Part shown: positions 32,124 to 44,300 of the stretch, in pieces
Position numbering within the stretch: position 1 is the first letter of the stretch
Layout: every line of letters starts with the position of its first letter
From: Macrostomum hystrix
Lineage: Eukaryota; Animalia; Platyhelminthes
NCBI GenBank assembly: GCA_950097015.1
Contig: CATNEN010000011.1
Coordinates: 3,410,001-3,474,000, forward strand
Direction: 5' to 3'
DNA length: 64,000 bases
The notes under the pieces: generated by a model
Told to the model about the DNA's origin: nothing
Seen by the model: the letters and a program-made list of their open reading frames with translations, nothing else
Databases searched by the model: none
Translations under genes and position numbers: made by a program

Positions 32124-35100
32124 ATGGCAACCAGCGCCGCCAGTTCCGCCCACCTGAGCGTGTGCCGCCGGCTGCTATTCGGCTTGGCCAGTCCGCCCCT
32201 TCAGCTGACTCAGAATGCCATCGGGCTGTACCTGAACGTCTTCTTGTTGGAGTCAGCCAAGCTTCGACCCTTGCTAATCTCTGTCGTGATGTTTAGCGGT
32301 AGATTTGTTGACGCAATTAGCGATCCTCTGATTGGCTACGGAGTGTCCAGGACTCGAACCCGAATCGGCAAGTGCCGTCCGTGGCTGCTGGCTGGCGCGA
32401 TATTCAGCGCGTTGACCTTTTTTGTCCTCTGGTTGCCGCCCAAATCTGATTGGATGGATGGCTGGCGATTAGCCTACTACATGCCAGCCTATGTGGCCTT
32501 CTCATTGGCCATTTCTGTGAGTGCATTTTGTTTGACTTGAGGGCCCTGGATCTAAAAATAGTTATGGTGAATCTCGTAGTTTTTCAGTTGGGAAAGTTTT
32601 GGGAAATTACAAAATTTTTATTTACATCCCTGTGTTCTGTAGGACAAATCCCTTAGAGGAAATACCGAAGTTTTGCAGTGATTTCTTTAGGTCAAATCCC
32701 AATGTCTGTGGAAAATCGCGTAGTTCTCTAGGGGAAATCCCGTAGTTCTCTAGGGGAAATCCCGTAATTCTGTAGGGAAATCCCGTAGTTCTGTAGGGAA
32801 ATCCCGTAGTTCTCTGGGGGGGGGAAATCCCATAGTTCTCTGGGGAAATCACATAGTTCTCTGGAGGAAATTCCGTAGATTTTTTGTCGAAATCCCGTAG
32901 TTCTGTAGGGGGAATCCCGTAGTTCTGTAGGGGAAATTTTATAGTTCTGTAGGGTAAAATCCTAAAATTCCGTAAGGGAAATCTTGGTCTTGGCTGCAAA
33001 GACTAATATTTGTTAAAATTTTTAAAAGTACTAAAATTTGTGAATGCTTAAAACTAAGTTTTTCGTCTCTAAATTTTTTACAAAGTTTCCATTCCTTCGA
33101 ATATTTATTTATTAGCATTTATACTCGTACAAACATACATTATTGCGTGATGTGACATTGCTCAACATTTACGCACCGATTCCAGTGCTATTACATCCCC
33201 TACACCACGCTGACAATGAGAATCTCGGCTTCGCCCAAACAGCGGGACAGCGCCACTGCCTTTAGAATGGCCTTCGAAATGCTTGGCATCTTAGTTGGCC
33301 CAGTGTTCTTCACGTTTATTGTGGAGCCTAAGAGAACCTCGGTCACCTGCTCGGAGGCCGCTAATTACTCTTTGGCAACGGCCGGCGGTAACGCTACTAG
33401 AGGAAACACATCAGAAGAAGAGGTTATTAAATTGTTCCATTTTCGCTAGGAATGGGCGATGTTTCAGGATCGTTACAGAACTGGTGACACTTCCTGTCCG
33501 ACATGTTACACTAGATGTCTAACATGTTTCATGAAGTATCTAACATGTAACATGAAATGCCTAACATGTTACATGAAATATCTAACATGTTACATGAAAT
33601 GCCTAACATGTTACATGAAATGTCTACCATATTATACGGAATGTCTAGCATGTTACATGAAATGTCTAAAATGTTACATGAAATGCCTAACATGTTACAC
33701 GAAATATCTAACATTTTACATGAAATGTCTACCATATTATACGGAATGTCTAGCATGTTACATGAAATGTCTAAAATGTTACATGAAATGCCTAACATGT
33801 TACATGAAATGCCTAACATGTTACATGAAATGTCTAACATGTTAATTGAAATATCCAACATGGTACATGAAAATTCTAACATGAAACATGAAATGTCTAA
33901 CATTTTACATGAAATGTCTAACATGTTACATGAAATGTCTAACATGTTACATGAAATGTCTAACATGTTGCATGAAATATCTAACATGTTACATGAAATA
34001 TCTAATATGTTACATTAAATATCTAACATGTTACATGAAATATCTAATATGTTACATTAAATATCTAACATGTTACATGAAATGCCTAACATGTTACATT
34101 AAATATCTAACATGTTACATGAAATGTCTACCATATTATACGGAATTTCTAACATGTTACATGAAATATCTAATATGTTACATTAAATGTCTAACATATT
34201 ATACGGAATGTCTAGCATGTTACATGAAATGTCTAACATGTTATACGCAATATCTAACATATTACATAAAATGTCCAGCACGTAACGTAAAATGTCTAAC
34301 AGGTCTACTCCTAAAGTGCAACGGTATGACACTAAATCTGTAGCTGCTGGTTAGACTTGCCAAAATATACAATAGTTTCCCCAATTTCCAACCCTGAAAG
34401 GCTGCCTATCTGATCTCAGCAGCGTCAGTATCCGCCCTGGTGCTAATCTGTGGCATAATTGGATTTTTTGGTGTTCGTGAAATCGACACCTCGAGTGACA
34501 GCGCGGTCGACAGCGATTCGATCACTGCCGATCAGTTCGTGAAACAGTCGCTGGTCAGTTATCTGCGCCAGTGCCGAACGGTTGTCACTTATCGACCGTT
34601 TCTGAGAGCCACAGTCATATTCATCACGCTCAGTTTGTCCTGGCATGTGAGTCATTTACGGGCGTATAGCTATTGTCACAGAGGAAAAGTGAAACTTTTG
34701 CTTGTTTATATGCATCAAAAAAACCTCTTTAAGTGATTGAAATCCCTCACACCCTTTTACAACCTCTCACAACCTCTCACAACCACTCACAACCTCTCAC
34801 AACCTCTAACTACCTCTCACAACCACTCACAACCACTCACAACCTCTAACAACCTCTCACAACCTCTCACAACCTCTCACAACCTCTCACAACCTCTCAC
34901 AACCTCTCACAACCTCTCACAACCTCTCACTACCTCTCACTACCTCTCACAACCTCTCACAACCTCTCACTACCTCTCACAACCTCTCACTACCTCTCAC
35001 AACCTCTCACAACCTCTCACAACCTCTCACAAACTCTCACTACCTCTCACAACCTCTCAAAACCTCTCTCTACCTCTCACTACCTCTCAAAACCTCTCAC

Positions 35101-38050
35101 TACCTCTCACAACCTCTCACTACCTCTCACAACCTCTCACAACCACTCACTACCTCTCACTACCTCTCAAAACCTCTCACTACCTCTCACAACCTCTCAA
35201 AACCTCTCACTACCTCTCAAAACCTCTTACTACCTCTCACAACCTCTCACAACCTCTCACAACCTCTCACAACCACTCACAACCTCTAACTACCACTCAC
35301 AACCTCTCACAACCTCTCACTACCTCTCACAACCTCTCACAACCTCTCACAACCTCTCACTACCTCTCACAACCTCTCAAAACCTCTCACTACCTCTCAC
35401 AACCTCTCAAAACCTCTCACTACCTCTCACTACCTCTCACAACCTCTCACAACCTCTCACAACCTCTCACAACCACTCACAACCACTCAAAAGTGTAAAT
35501 TACAGTCTCACAACATTTCACAACATTTCAAAACATCTCGCAAGCTCACACAAACTAGCAATACAACCGCCCGCCAAAGTATGCAACAGCTAGGCTCAAT
35601 ACGTTCCGTTCGTCTCGGACCAATTGGCAGATCTTCCAAGCAATTTCTATTCTCTACGTGACCCACGTAATGCGACTGGGCGGTCACGTGCGCTTCTGCA
35701 CTTTAACCTACCTGGTTGTGGCACTGGCCGCTACCCCACTCTGGCACCTGTTCTCAGTGAGATTTAGCAAGAAGCTAGCTTTACAGATTGGCAGTGTGGT
35801 AAGTGAATATTGGAAAAGACCCTTATAATGGATATATTAAATTTTTTTAATGGTAAATTGATTGAACCTTACAAACAGGGCACAGCTGGCTGCTGCCTAT
35901 TGGCTGGACTAATGCCGGGTGGAATTTTGCCACTGTTCTATGGCATGGTTGCCGTGGCTGGCACTCTGGGAGCAAATGCACTTTTATTGTCCTGGGCAAC
36001 CCTGCCTGATGTCATTCAGGTGACAGCAATGCTTTCAAATACTTTACAATGAAGATTTGTCTGAGACTATGAGCGCTTGGGGTTAGCCTAGAATCGTAGC
36101 AAAAATTTTAGTAGGAATCGTAGCTGTAATCTCTGTAGGAATCGTAGCAGGAATCTCTGTAGGAATCGTAGCAGGGATCTCAGCAGGAATCGTAGCAGGA
36201 ATCTCTGTACCAATCGTAGCAGGAATCTCAGCAGGAATCGTAGCAGGAATCTCAGCAGGAATCGTAGCAGGAATCTCAGCAGGAATCGTAACAAGAATCT
36301 CAGTAGGAATCGTAGCAGGAATCTCAGTAGAAATCATACCAAGAATCTCTGTAGGAATCGTAGCAGGGATCTCAGCAGGAATCGTAGCAGGAATCTCTGT
36401 ACCAATCGTAGCAGGGATCTCAGCAGGAATCGTAGCAGGAATCTCAGCAGGAATCGTAGCAGGGATCTCAGCAGGAATCGTAGCAGGAATCTCAGCAGGA
36501 ATCGTAGCAGGAATCTCAGCAGGAATCGTAACAAGAATCTCAGTAGGAATCGTAGCAGGAATCTCAGTAGAAATCATACCAAGAATCTCTGTAGGAATCG
36601 TAGCAGGAATCTCAGCAGGAATCGTAGCAGGAATCTCTGTACGAATCGTAGCAGGAATCTCAGTAGGAATCGTAGCAAGAATCACAGTAGGAATCGTAGC
36701 AAGAATCTCAGTAGAAATCGTACCAAGAATCTCAGAAGGAAGCGTAGCAAGAATCTCAGTAGAAATCATACCAAGAATCTCTGTAGGAATCGTAGCAGGA
36801 ATCTCAGCAGGAATCGTAGCAGGAATCTCAGTAGGGATCGTAGCAGGAATCTCAGCAGGAATCGTAGCAGGAATCTCAGTAGGAATCGTAGTAGGAATCT
36901 CTGTAGGAATCGAAGCTGTAATCTCTGTAGGAGTCGTAGCAGGAATCTCAGTAGGAATCGTAGCAGGAATCACAGTAGGGATCGTAGCAGGAATCTCAGT
37001 AGGAATCGTAGCAAGAATCACAGTAGGGATCGTAGCAGGAATCTCAGTAGGAATCGTAGCAAGAATCACAGTAGGAATCGTAGCAAGAATCTCAGTAGAA
37101 ATCGTACCAAGAATCTCTGTACGAATCGTAGCAGGAATCTCAGCAGGAATCGTAGCAGGAATCTCAGCAGGAATCGTAGCAGGAATCTCAGTAGAAATCG
37201 TACCAAGAATCTCTGTACGAATCGTAGCAGGAATCTCAGCAGGAATCGTAGCAGGAATCTCAGCAGGAATCGTAGCAGGAATCTCAGTAGAAATCGTACC
37301 AAGAATCTCTGTAGGAATCGTAGCAGGAATCTCAGCAGGAATCGTAGCAGGAATCTCAGCAGGAATCGTAGCAGGAATCTCAGTAGAAATCGTACCAAGA
37401 ATCTCTGTAGGAATCGTAGCAGGAATCTCTGTAGGAATCGAAGCTGTAATCTCTGTAGGAATCGTAGCAAGAATCTCAGTAGGAATCGTAGCAAGAATCT
37501 CAGCTGGAATCGTAGCAAGAATCTCAGCAGGAATCGTAGCAAGAATCTCAGCAGGAATCGTAGCAAGAATCTCAGCAGGAATCGTAGCAAGAATCTCAGC
37601 AGGAATCGTAGCAAGAATCTCAGCAGGAATCGTTTGAACACGAAAATTTGACCTTTCGATTTGGATTTTCAGTCCTTTTACCGGGACAATGGCATGCGGC
37701 TGGAGGCGGTATTCTACTCAACTTTCACTTTCGCCAACAAATGCGCCGTCAGTTTGAGCATGGCCGGACTTAATCTGGCTTTGGATTTGGCCGGATACGA
37801 CAGGTTCTCATGCGTCCAACCGCCGGAGCTGGTTGTTGCCCTTCGCTGTCTGCTTCTGTCGCCTCTGCCGCTGCTTTGCCTCGCCATGCGATTTGCCTGG
37901 CTTCTGCCGAATGCATCAGAATCTGCCGGTGTGCCAGTGATTACTATCACTTCCAGCAGCGTGGAAATACCCGCCGATGCCAACACTGAGAAGGACTCAC
38001 TTAAGATGCTCAGTCCAGAGACTGAATGCGAGTTGAAGGTGCAAGTTTAA
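32124..38050 (+). CDS. MFSD2: MFSD2-like sodium-dependent MFS (GPH/MelB-family) transporter
   Basis: Exons 32124-32516, 33186-33422, 34401-34646, 35631-35798, 35879-36019 and 37673-38050, all phase 0 and GT-AG, give 520 aa. Motifs: GRFVDAISDPLIG, IGKCRPW, CYYIPYTTLTM...QRDSATAFRM, WATLPDVI, EAVFYS...LDLAGY...CVQP. Confidence 0.88.
32690..32960. repeat. ~22-23-bp minisatellite (aaatcccgtagttctctagggg), MFSD2 intron 1
   Basis: Degenerate direct units are visible. Confidence 0.85.
33490..34290. repeat. 21-bp minisatellite (aacatgttacatgaaatgtct), MFSD2 intron 2
   Basis: Direct units, most carrying the palindrome AACATGTT. Confidence 0.95.
34755..35490. repeat. 10-bp minisatellite (aacctctcac), MFSD2 intron 3
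   Basis: Direct units are visible. Confidence 0.97.
36083..37632. repeat. 12/24-bp GAATC-family minisatellite (gtagcaggaatc tcagcaggaatc), MFSD2 intron 5
   Basis: Direct units, related to the array at 1921-2480. Confidence 0.97.
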
Positions 38051-38715
38051 CTAGAATCTAAGCTAAAATCGAAGCTGGAATCGAAGCTGGAATAGAAGCT
38101 AGAATCGAAGCTGGAATCGTAGTTAAATTCGAAGCTAGAATCATAGCTAGAATCGAAGCTGGAATCGAAGCTAGAATCGAAGCTGGAATCGTAGCTATAA
38201 TCGTAGTTAGAATCGTAGCTAAAATCGTAGCTAGAATCATAGCTAGAATCGAAGCTAAAATCGAAGCTGGAATCGTAGCTATAATCGTAGTTAGAATCGA
38301 AGCTAGAATCATAGCTAGAATCGAAGCTAGAATCGAAGCTGGAATCGAAGCTGGAATCGAAGCTGGAATTGAAGCTAGAATCGAAGCTAGAATTATAACT
38401 TGAATCGAAGCTAGAATCGAAGCTGAATTAGAAGCTGGAATCGTAGCTAGAATCGAAGCTAGAATCGAAGCAGGAATTTAAGTTAGAACTCAAGCTGGAA
38501 TTGTAGCTAGAATCATAGCTTGAATCGTAGCAAGAATCGAAGCTGCATGGAATCGAAGCAAGAATCGATGCAGGAATTTAAGTTAGAACTCAAGCTGGAA
38601 TTGTAGCTAGAATCATAGCTTGAATCGTAGCAAGAATCGAAGCTGCATGGAATCGAAGCAAGAATCGAAGCTAGAATAATAGCAAGAATCGAAGCTAGAA
38701 TCAAAGCTAGATCCG
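38051..38715. repeat. 12-bp GAATC-family minisatellite (gaagctagaatc) starting right after the MFSD2 stop
   Basis: Direct units are visible. Confidence 0.93.
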
Positions 38716-39439
38716 TGGCTAGAAATGCTAAATGCAACTATATTTTTTCAGTAACTTTTTCGCATATAAAAATTCAACATTAATTTGTCTTCCATACATT
38801 GGGTTGTATTTTAAGTTTTTGGTTGCAATTTTTATCTAGCTTGTAGAATCATAGGAACAAACTTTTAGTACTTAATTATACTTTACATTTTTAGTTAATT
38901 TCGATTCCAGGATTTTTTTACAATTTTTCAGGAAATGTCTAACTGTTTAGAACAGTAAACACACTAGCCAATCATTTACTAATTTTGAAATGTCTGGAAA
39001 ATAAACTTCAAAACAAATGAAAATTTGAATGTCTAATTGCTAATTGATTTTTTGACAACAATCTGGACGTTTTATCGATTATTTCAAAACTTATTTTTTC
39101 ATTTGTTCTAACCAATTTGTACGACTTCGACGAAAAATTCCCAAAAAATGTTAAACTTTGTGTACCACTGTCGTTTCGTTATATGCTACTTGCATAGTAG
39201 TATCTTTAGTTGAATTTGAAAGCAAGCATGCCCTACTTTGAATTCAGGGTGATTTGAAAGCCGTCAGTCGAATGAATATTTTTTCTACTTAAAGTAGTAC
39301 ACAATTGTACCAAATTTTCGTGCTTCAATTACGAATTCTATAGGACATAAATGCTTGGTTACTTTAGTCGCATAGTTAAGCCTTGGCTAAAAGGATTTTA
39401 TAGAAGTAATAATATCATGGCAAAACAACAACGGAACAG

Positions 39440-39792
39440 GAATCGTTGGAGGAACCGTAGCAAGAATCTCAGTAGGAATCGTAGCAAGAATCTCAGTAGG
39501 AATCGTAGCAAGAATCTCAGTACGAATCGTAGCAAGAATCTCAGTAGGAATCGTAGCAAGAATCTCAGTAGGAATCGTACGTAGCAAGAATCTCAGTACG
39601 AATCGTAGCAAGAATCTCAGTAAGAATCGTAGCAAGAATCTCAGTAGGAATCTCAGTAGGAATCGTAGCAAGAATCTTAGTAGGAATCGTAGCAAGAATC
39701 TCAGTAGGAATCGTAGCTGGAATCTCAGTAGGAATCTTTGCAAGAATCTCAGTAGGAATCGTAGCAAGAATCTCAGTAGGAATCGTAGCTGA
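39440..39792. repeat. 24-bp GAATC-family minisatellite (gtagcaagaatctcagtaggaatc)
   Basis: Direct units are visible. Confidence 0.95.
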
Positions 39793-40179
39793 ATCATGGT
39801 AACCATGGAAATGAGTCTTTGCAGGTTAAATAAAATGAATTTCTCTTTTTGTATACTTTTCTGGTATCCAAACGTCGTCAATGTGGTATTCCATAGCCAA
39901 ATACCGGACCAAACGGGATTTCCTGAACGCTGTCAGTTGTGGCTTGCATTGGCGCAATTTTATTCTACGTCAAACGATCGTCTTAGGGAAAATAATAAAA
40001 AAACTTCTGCCCATGAGTTTGCTCAATTTGACTTCAGAGCCACACGCTAGCCTAGCGAGGCTCAGACTAAAAAGGCTGCATAGTTTAACCGTACTGTCGC
40101 ACGGACGGGGCCACTAGCAACCATTTCTTATTTTGGAAGGCAGTGTTTCACTCAATTGCGAAACAGGCTGCATATTTGA

Positions 40180-40345
40180 GCTCTACAACTGGATAGCGGT
40201 GTCTGCTGGTAGAACAATGGCTAAGTTTCTGACTGTTTATCCAACTTCAGCAGGTATACTAGAGGCATTCCCAGTTCTGAATGAATGTTTCAGCAAAATT
40301 GGAGTCATAATGCTAGCTCAGCATCGATCGCTTTTCTTGCTGTCT
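40180..40345 (+). pseudogene. Possible decayed hAT transposase C-terminal dimerisation remnant
   Basis: AKFLTVYPTSAG...ECFSKIGVIMLAQHRSL resembles the hAT consensus PATSAxxERxFSxxGxI...R. No TIRs or TSD were found. Confidence 0.25.
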
Positions 40346-41202
40346 ATATTCTTGGTGGAGGAAACAGTTATTGCTTACACGGCAACTTTGCCAGCGACTT
40401 TGCCACCCACCTCACTCCTCCCCCCAACAACTGCCGAGCGCAACCGCGTTTGGGCTTCCACACTGGCTGGTGGCGCCTTCTGTTTCCGCAGATTCAACCC
40501 AGCTCGGCTATCGACACCGAAGCGTGGGGGCGGTGAAGACTCGATACGCGATCCCCTCACTGAAGAAATCGATTTTCGAAGACCCAACTCCCCTCCATTC
40601 TTGGGATATTGATTTGCAGCCATCTATCGGTAAGCCAGCTCAGTCTTATTGTTAATACTTTCCACCACCCTCTGTTTCTCCAGCAGTTTCTGTTGGCTAC
40701 TTCGGGCTGAGGTACAGCTCTGCAGATCTTTCCCGGGGCCTTCACAATCGGCGGGCGTTTCAGCTCTAAGCTAGTTTTTTATGCTGGTAGAGCGCAAGTG
40801 TTGACGTTGCTGACTTGACTGCTTCGAGATGCCAGGTGCTTTTTCTCTGACTCGCGGCTCGTTGAGCGTCTTCCTTCCTCTCAAGTCTATCCCCCCGCTT
40901 GGCTGGGGGCTTAAGAAGCAGCACCGGTTGAATATTTGCGAGACGCAACTCTGCGAGCCGCTCTCGCTCTAGGAATATCTTAGTAATTTCCCAAACGCGG
41001 AAGCAGCTCTCCAGAAGGGAGGCCCATTTGGCTCATCGGCGATCAAAGTTTCTGGCGAGGACTTCAATTAGTTTCCTTGCCGACTGACGTCTTCATCGCA
41101 GCTGCTGATAGTCAGCGGTGACGCAACACAGAACACTCTTAAACTTGTCGCACAGCTGCAGTTGTCTCTCAGCCGAGGGCGACCGCCATCGGATTAGTAG
41201 CC

Positions 41203-41302
41203 ATGCGCACCGCCACCACCTTGTGGCTGCCGCTGGCAGTATGCATCGCTCTAGCTGTGCTCATTGACGAGGGCACGGCCATGAGCACTTCCGTCACTGG
41301 GA
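41203..41302 (+). other. Signal-peptide exon of the giant gene
   Basis: MRTATTLWLPLAVCIALAVLIDEGTAMSTSVTG has a basic start, a hydrophobic core and a small-residue cleavage region. The donor is gtaagt. Confidence 0.8.
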
Positions 41303-44300
41303 GTAAGTGCTAACACTCACACCTGTGTGCTGCAATAACTCATTGTTTGTTCCTAGCTTAGTACATCTGTAACGCATTAACTATGTAATCCAAGTCTCTT
41401 AAAATGCATCAAGTCTGTGAAGCTTTACAGTCTTCTTCACAGTTGCTCTGTGGACATTTGATCGAGAGTTCGGTAGTTCGAATCTTGGAACCTTGAGAAA
41501 GACACTAAAATACCAAGCGCTTCTGATCGCTTGGTGGTGTTAAGTTTGTTAAATTTGGAGGCCTAATCATTCAATAGACTGAATAGCAGCGTAACAGAGC
41601 CTTTGAAAAGCTGCGGATGTGCCACTGGTTGTGTGACAGACATGCGTTCTCGTAGTTAGAGGCTAATGAAATGAAATATAAAATAAAATAATGAAAAAAA
41701 ATTTCATAGATGCTAAATAGTTATACTTATGCTTTTGTGAACAAGGCTATAGATAATTAAGCTACTTGTCGTGGTATCTTTACCATCGCAGCTCGGCACG
41801 GATGTCCGCCGGGCACCCGACAGACCTTCGACTCGAAGAAGTGGTGCCACTGCAAGCCGCCGCAGCCCGAGTTCTACGGCTCGCTGATCTTCGTCATTGA
41901 CACCACCGGCAGCATGCAGCCGGAGCTAGACGCCGTCAAGGAGAACATCAATCGGATCTTGAAAGCCAATACGCGCTTCAAGGACTACATTGTGGCCTTG
42001 TTCGGCGATCCTTACAGGCGCAAGCTGCTGCATTCGGCCAACAAGAACAAAATCTGGAACTTCATCCGGCCGGTGCGAGCTTCCGCCGGTGGCGACTGTC
42101 CAGAGTTTGCATTGTCCGGCGTCGAAGATGCTATCAAGGAGGCCCGCGGCAAGTCCGTGCTGTTCCTCTTCACCGACGCCTCCGCCAAGGATCGCGTCCA
42201 GAAAGAAGCGAAAGTGATTTCTCTGCTAAAAAAGAAACGGGTAGAGATCATCGTCATTGCCACCGGCAAGCTGTGCTACGGCAGCTACAAGAACGAGTAT
42301 CATCATCTGGTGGCAGTTAATGGCGGGCGCGTCGTTCACATGGTCAAGGATGAAATCCGAGATGTGAGTTGAATTTCAAATGCAACTTGTTTTTGTGTAC
42401 CAAGACCCAAAGGCACGACGTGTTGCTCATTGTTGCTGCGTGAGCTGATTGAAATGTTTTCCAGTTTAGTTTCTTTTTGGCACTCTAATTGCTTCTAATT
42501 CCCTAATCTCATGGGGCCTAGCCTAAGGCATAACTAGATTTGACACTACTTTTAATTCAGGTAATGGAATACGTCATCAAGGGTGTGAAGGGCGAGCGCA
42601 GCTTCAGAGGCTTCCCAAAGAATGCCGACAAACTGCGGGCCAGCTTGGAAGGAAGTAAGTTGAATTGACGAATTAGATAACAATGCGCTCAAACTGTGAG
42701 CAAGCAACTATAGATCCCAACTCTGCTTTTAAATTATCTTCAGCTTGCGAGTGCCGCATTACCAAAATCCAGAAGTGCAATCCGCTGCCAAAGCCACCAG
42801 CGCCACCGAAGCCATGTAAGTATGACAGCCGCTATAGGGAATAATAAGAATAATTGTAACATTTGCAGGGCCGTGGACACTGGCACATCATTTAATAAAA
42901 TTAGACCCGCAGCCAGCGAGGAGGCAATTCTGCCAATTCCGCTGACTCTTGAGCACGCACGCACAAACACACAGATTCTGTACGTAGGCAGACACTCCAA
43001 AAGGTGTGTACTCGTACATCTGCCCTGACTTTCTCATCGTCAGGCAGTGCACCCTCTTACTACGCCTTGAAGTTTGGCGCTCGGCTGCGCCCCAAATGAG
43101 TGCGGCCTCGCCGCGGAATCGAGCTCAGGGACCTTGGAGGCAAAATCAATAGACCGCTCTACCACTAACCAACCCCCCTATAGGTAGATAACAGGACACC
43201 TTCGTGGCGGCCTCAATTGTTCAGTGAGCAATTAACGTGCCGAATTAAATTTTCTCACGTATTTGTTGTTAAAACCATAGCTTGCCCACGAGGCTTCGAG
43301 AAGAAGGTCATCAAGGAGAAAACTTGCTCCTGCAAGCCGATAAGGCCGGACAACAGCTACGGCTCGCTGATCTTCGTGGTGGACATCACCAACAGCATGC
43401 AGACTGCGATTGACATTGTCAAGGACAACATCAAGCGCATCGTGAAGGCCAACAGGCGTTTCAGTAACTACGTCATCGCCACCTTCGGCGATCCCTACGT
43501 GCGCCAGGTGCTGAAGTCCACGGACAAGGCCAAGCTGTGGGACCACCTAGACAGTCTCTTTGCTAGGGGCGGTAAAGACTGTCCTGAGTTCTCTTTGTCC
43601 GGTGTTATTGACGGTGCTCTGGCCGGCGATAAGAACTCCGTGCTCTTCCTGTTCACCGACGCCTCGGCGAAGGATTACAGCACCAAGCTTAAGGAGGCCG
43701 AGAGGGTCCTGACGGAGCGACACACCCAGATCATCGCGATTGTCACTGGCGACCTGTGCCAGAAACAGCGTTATCCCTACCACAATGAGTACGAAATCCT
43801 GGCCAGAGCCACCAACGGCAAGGTTGCGCGGCTTAACAAGGAGGAGCTGCCTCAGGTCGGTCAACGAAACTTCCAACTTTCTTAAAAAAACTAGCTCATT
43901 GTGACTTGCAATCCGACTTTACCAAATCGGAAGGTTATCATGAAACGAGAATTTTAGTTATTGAACATTAACTTTAATTCTCGCTTCATATTACGATGTA
44001 GAGCAGCATTGAAGGATTTGTCAATGGTCGAAATAGGCGGCAAAGTTAAATACCACCCATTAATAAGAGATTATTACCAAAAATTAAGATTTCCATCGAT
44101 GAAAACTTGAAATTAGTTTTAGAATTATACCTTTACTTTGAACGCTTTACTACCACGCAAATTGAAACGGCACCTAAACTTGAGTTGCATCCAAAGGCTG
44201 CGTACAGCTGTTCAGTCTATGGAGAACCCAATTTTACAGCTCGTTTGACTAGAAAATGGGGGGTGTCAATTGTCTTGCTCAAATGCGCAAGCTGACTGGC

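Noticed and set aside
36083-37641. Mucin-like (IPAT/IPAE)n ORF on the minus strand, and similar ORFs at 1799-2398 and 38058-38312
   Set aside because: These are intronic 12/24-bp repeats antisense to real genes, with no signal peptide or unique flanking coding sequence.
1921-39792. Tandem arrays as CRISPR arrays
   Set aside because: There are no unique spacers and no cas genes, and the context is eukaryotic.
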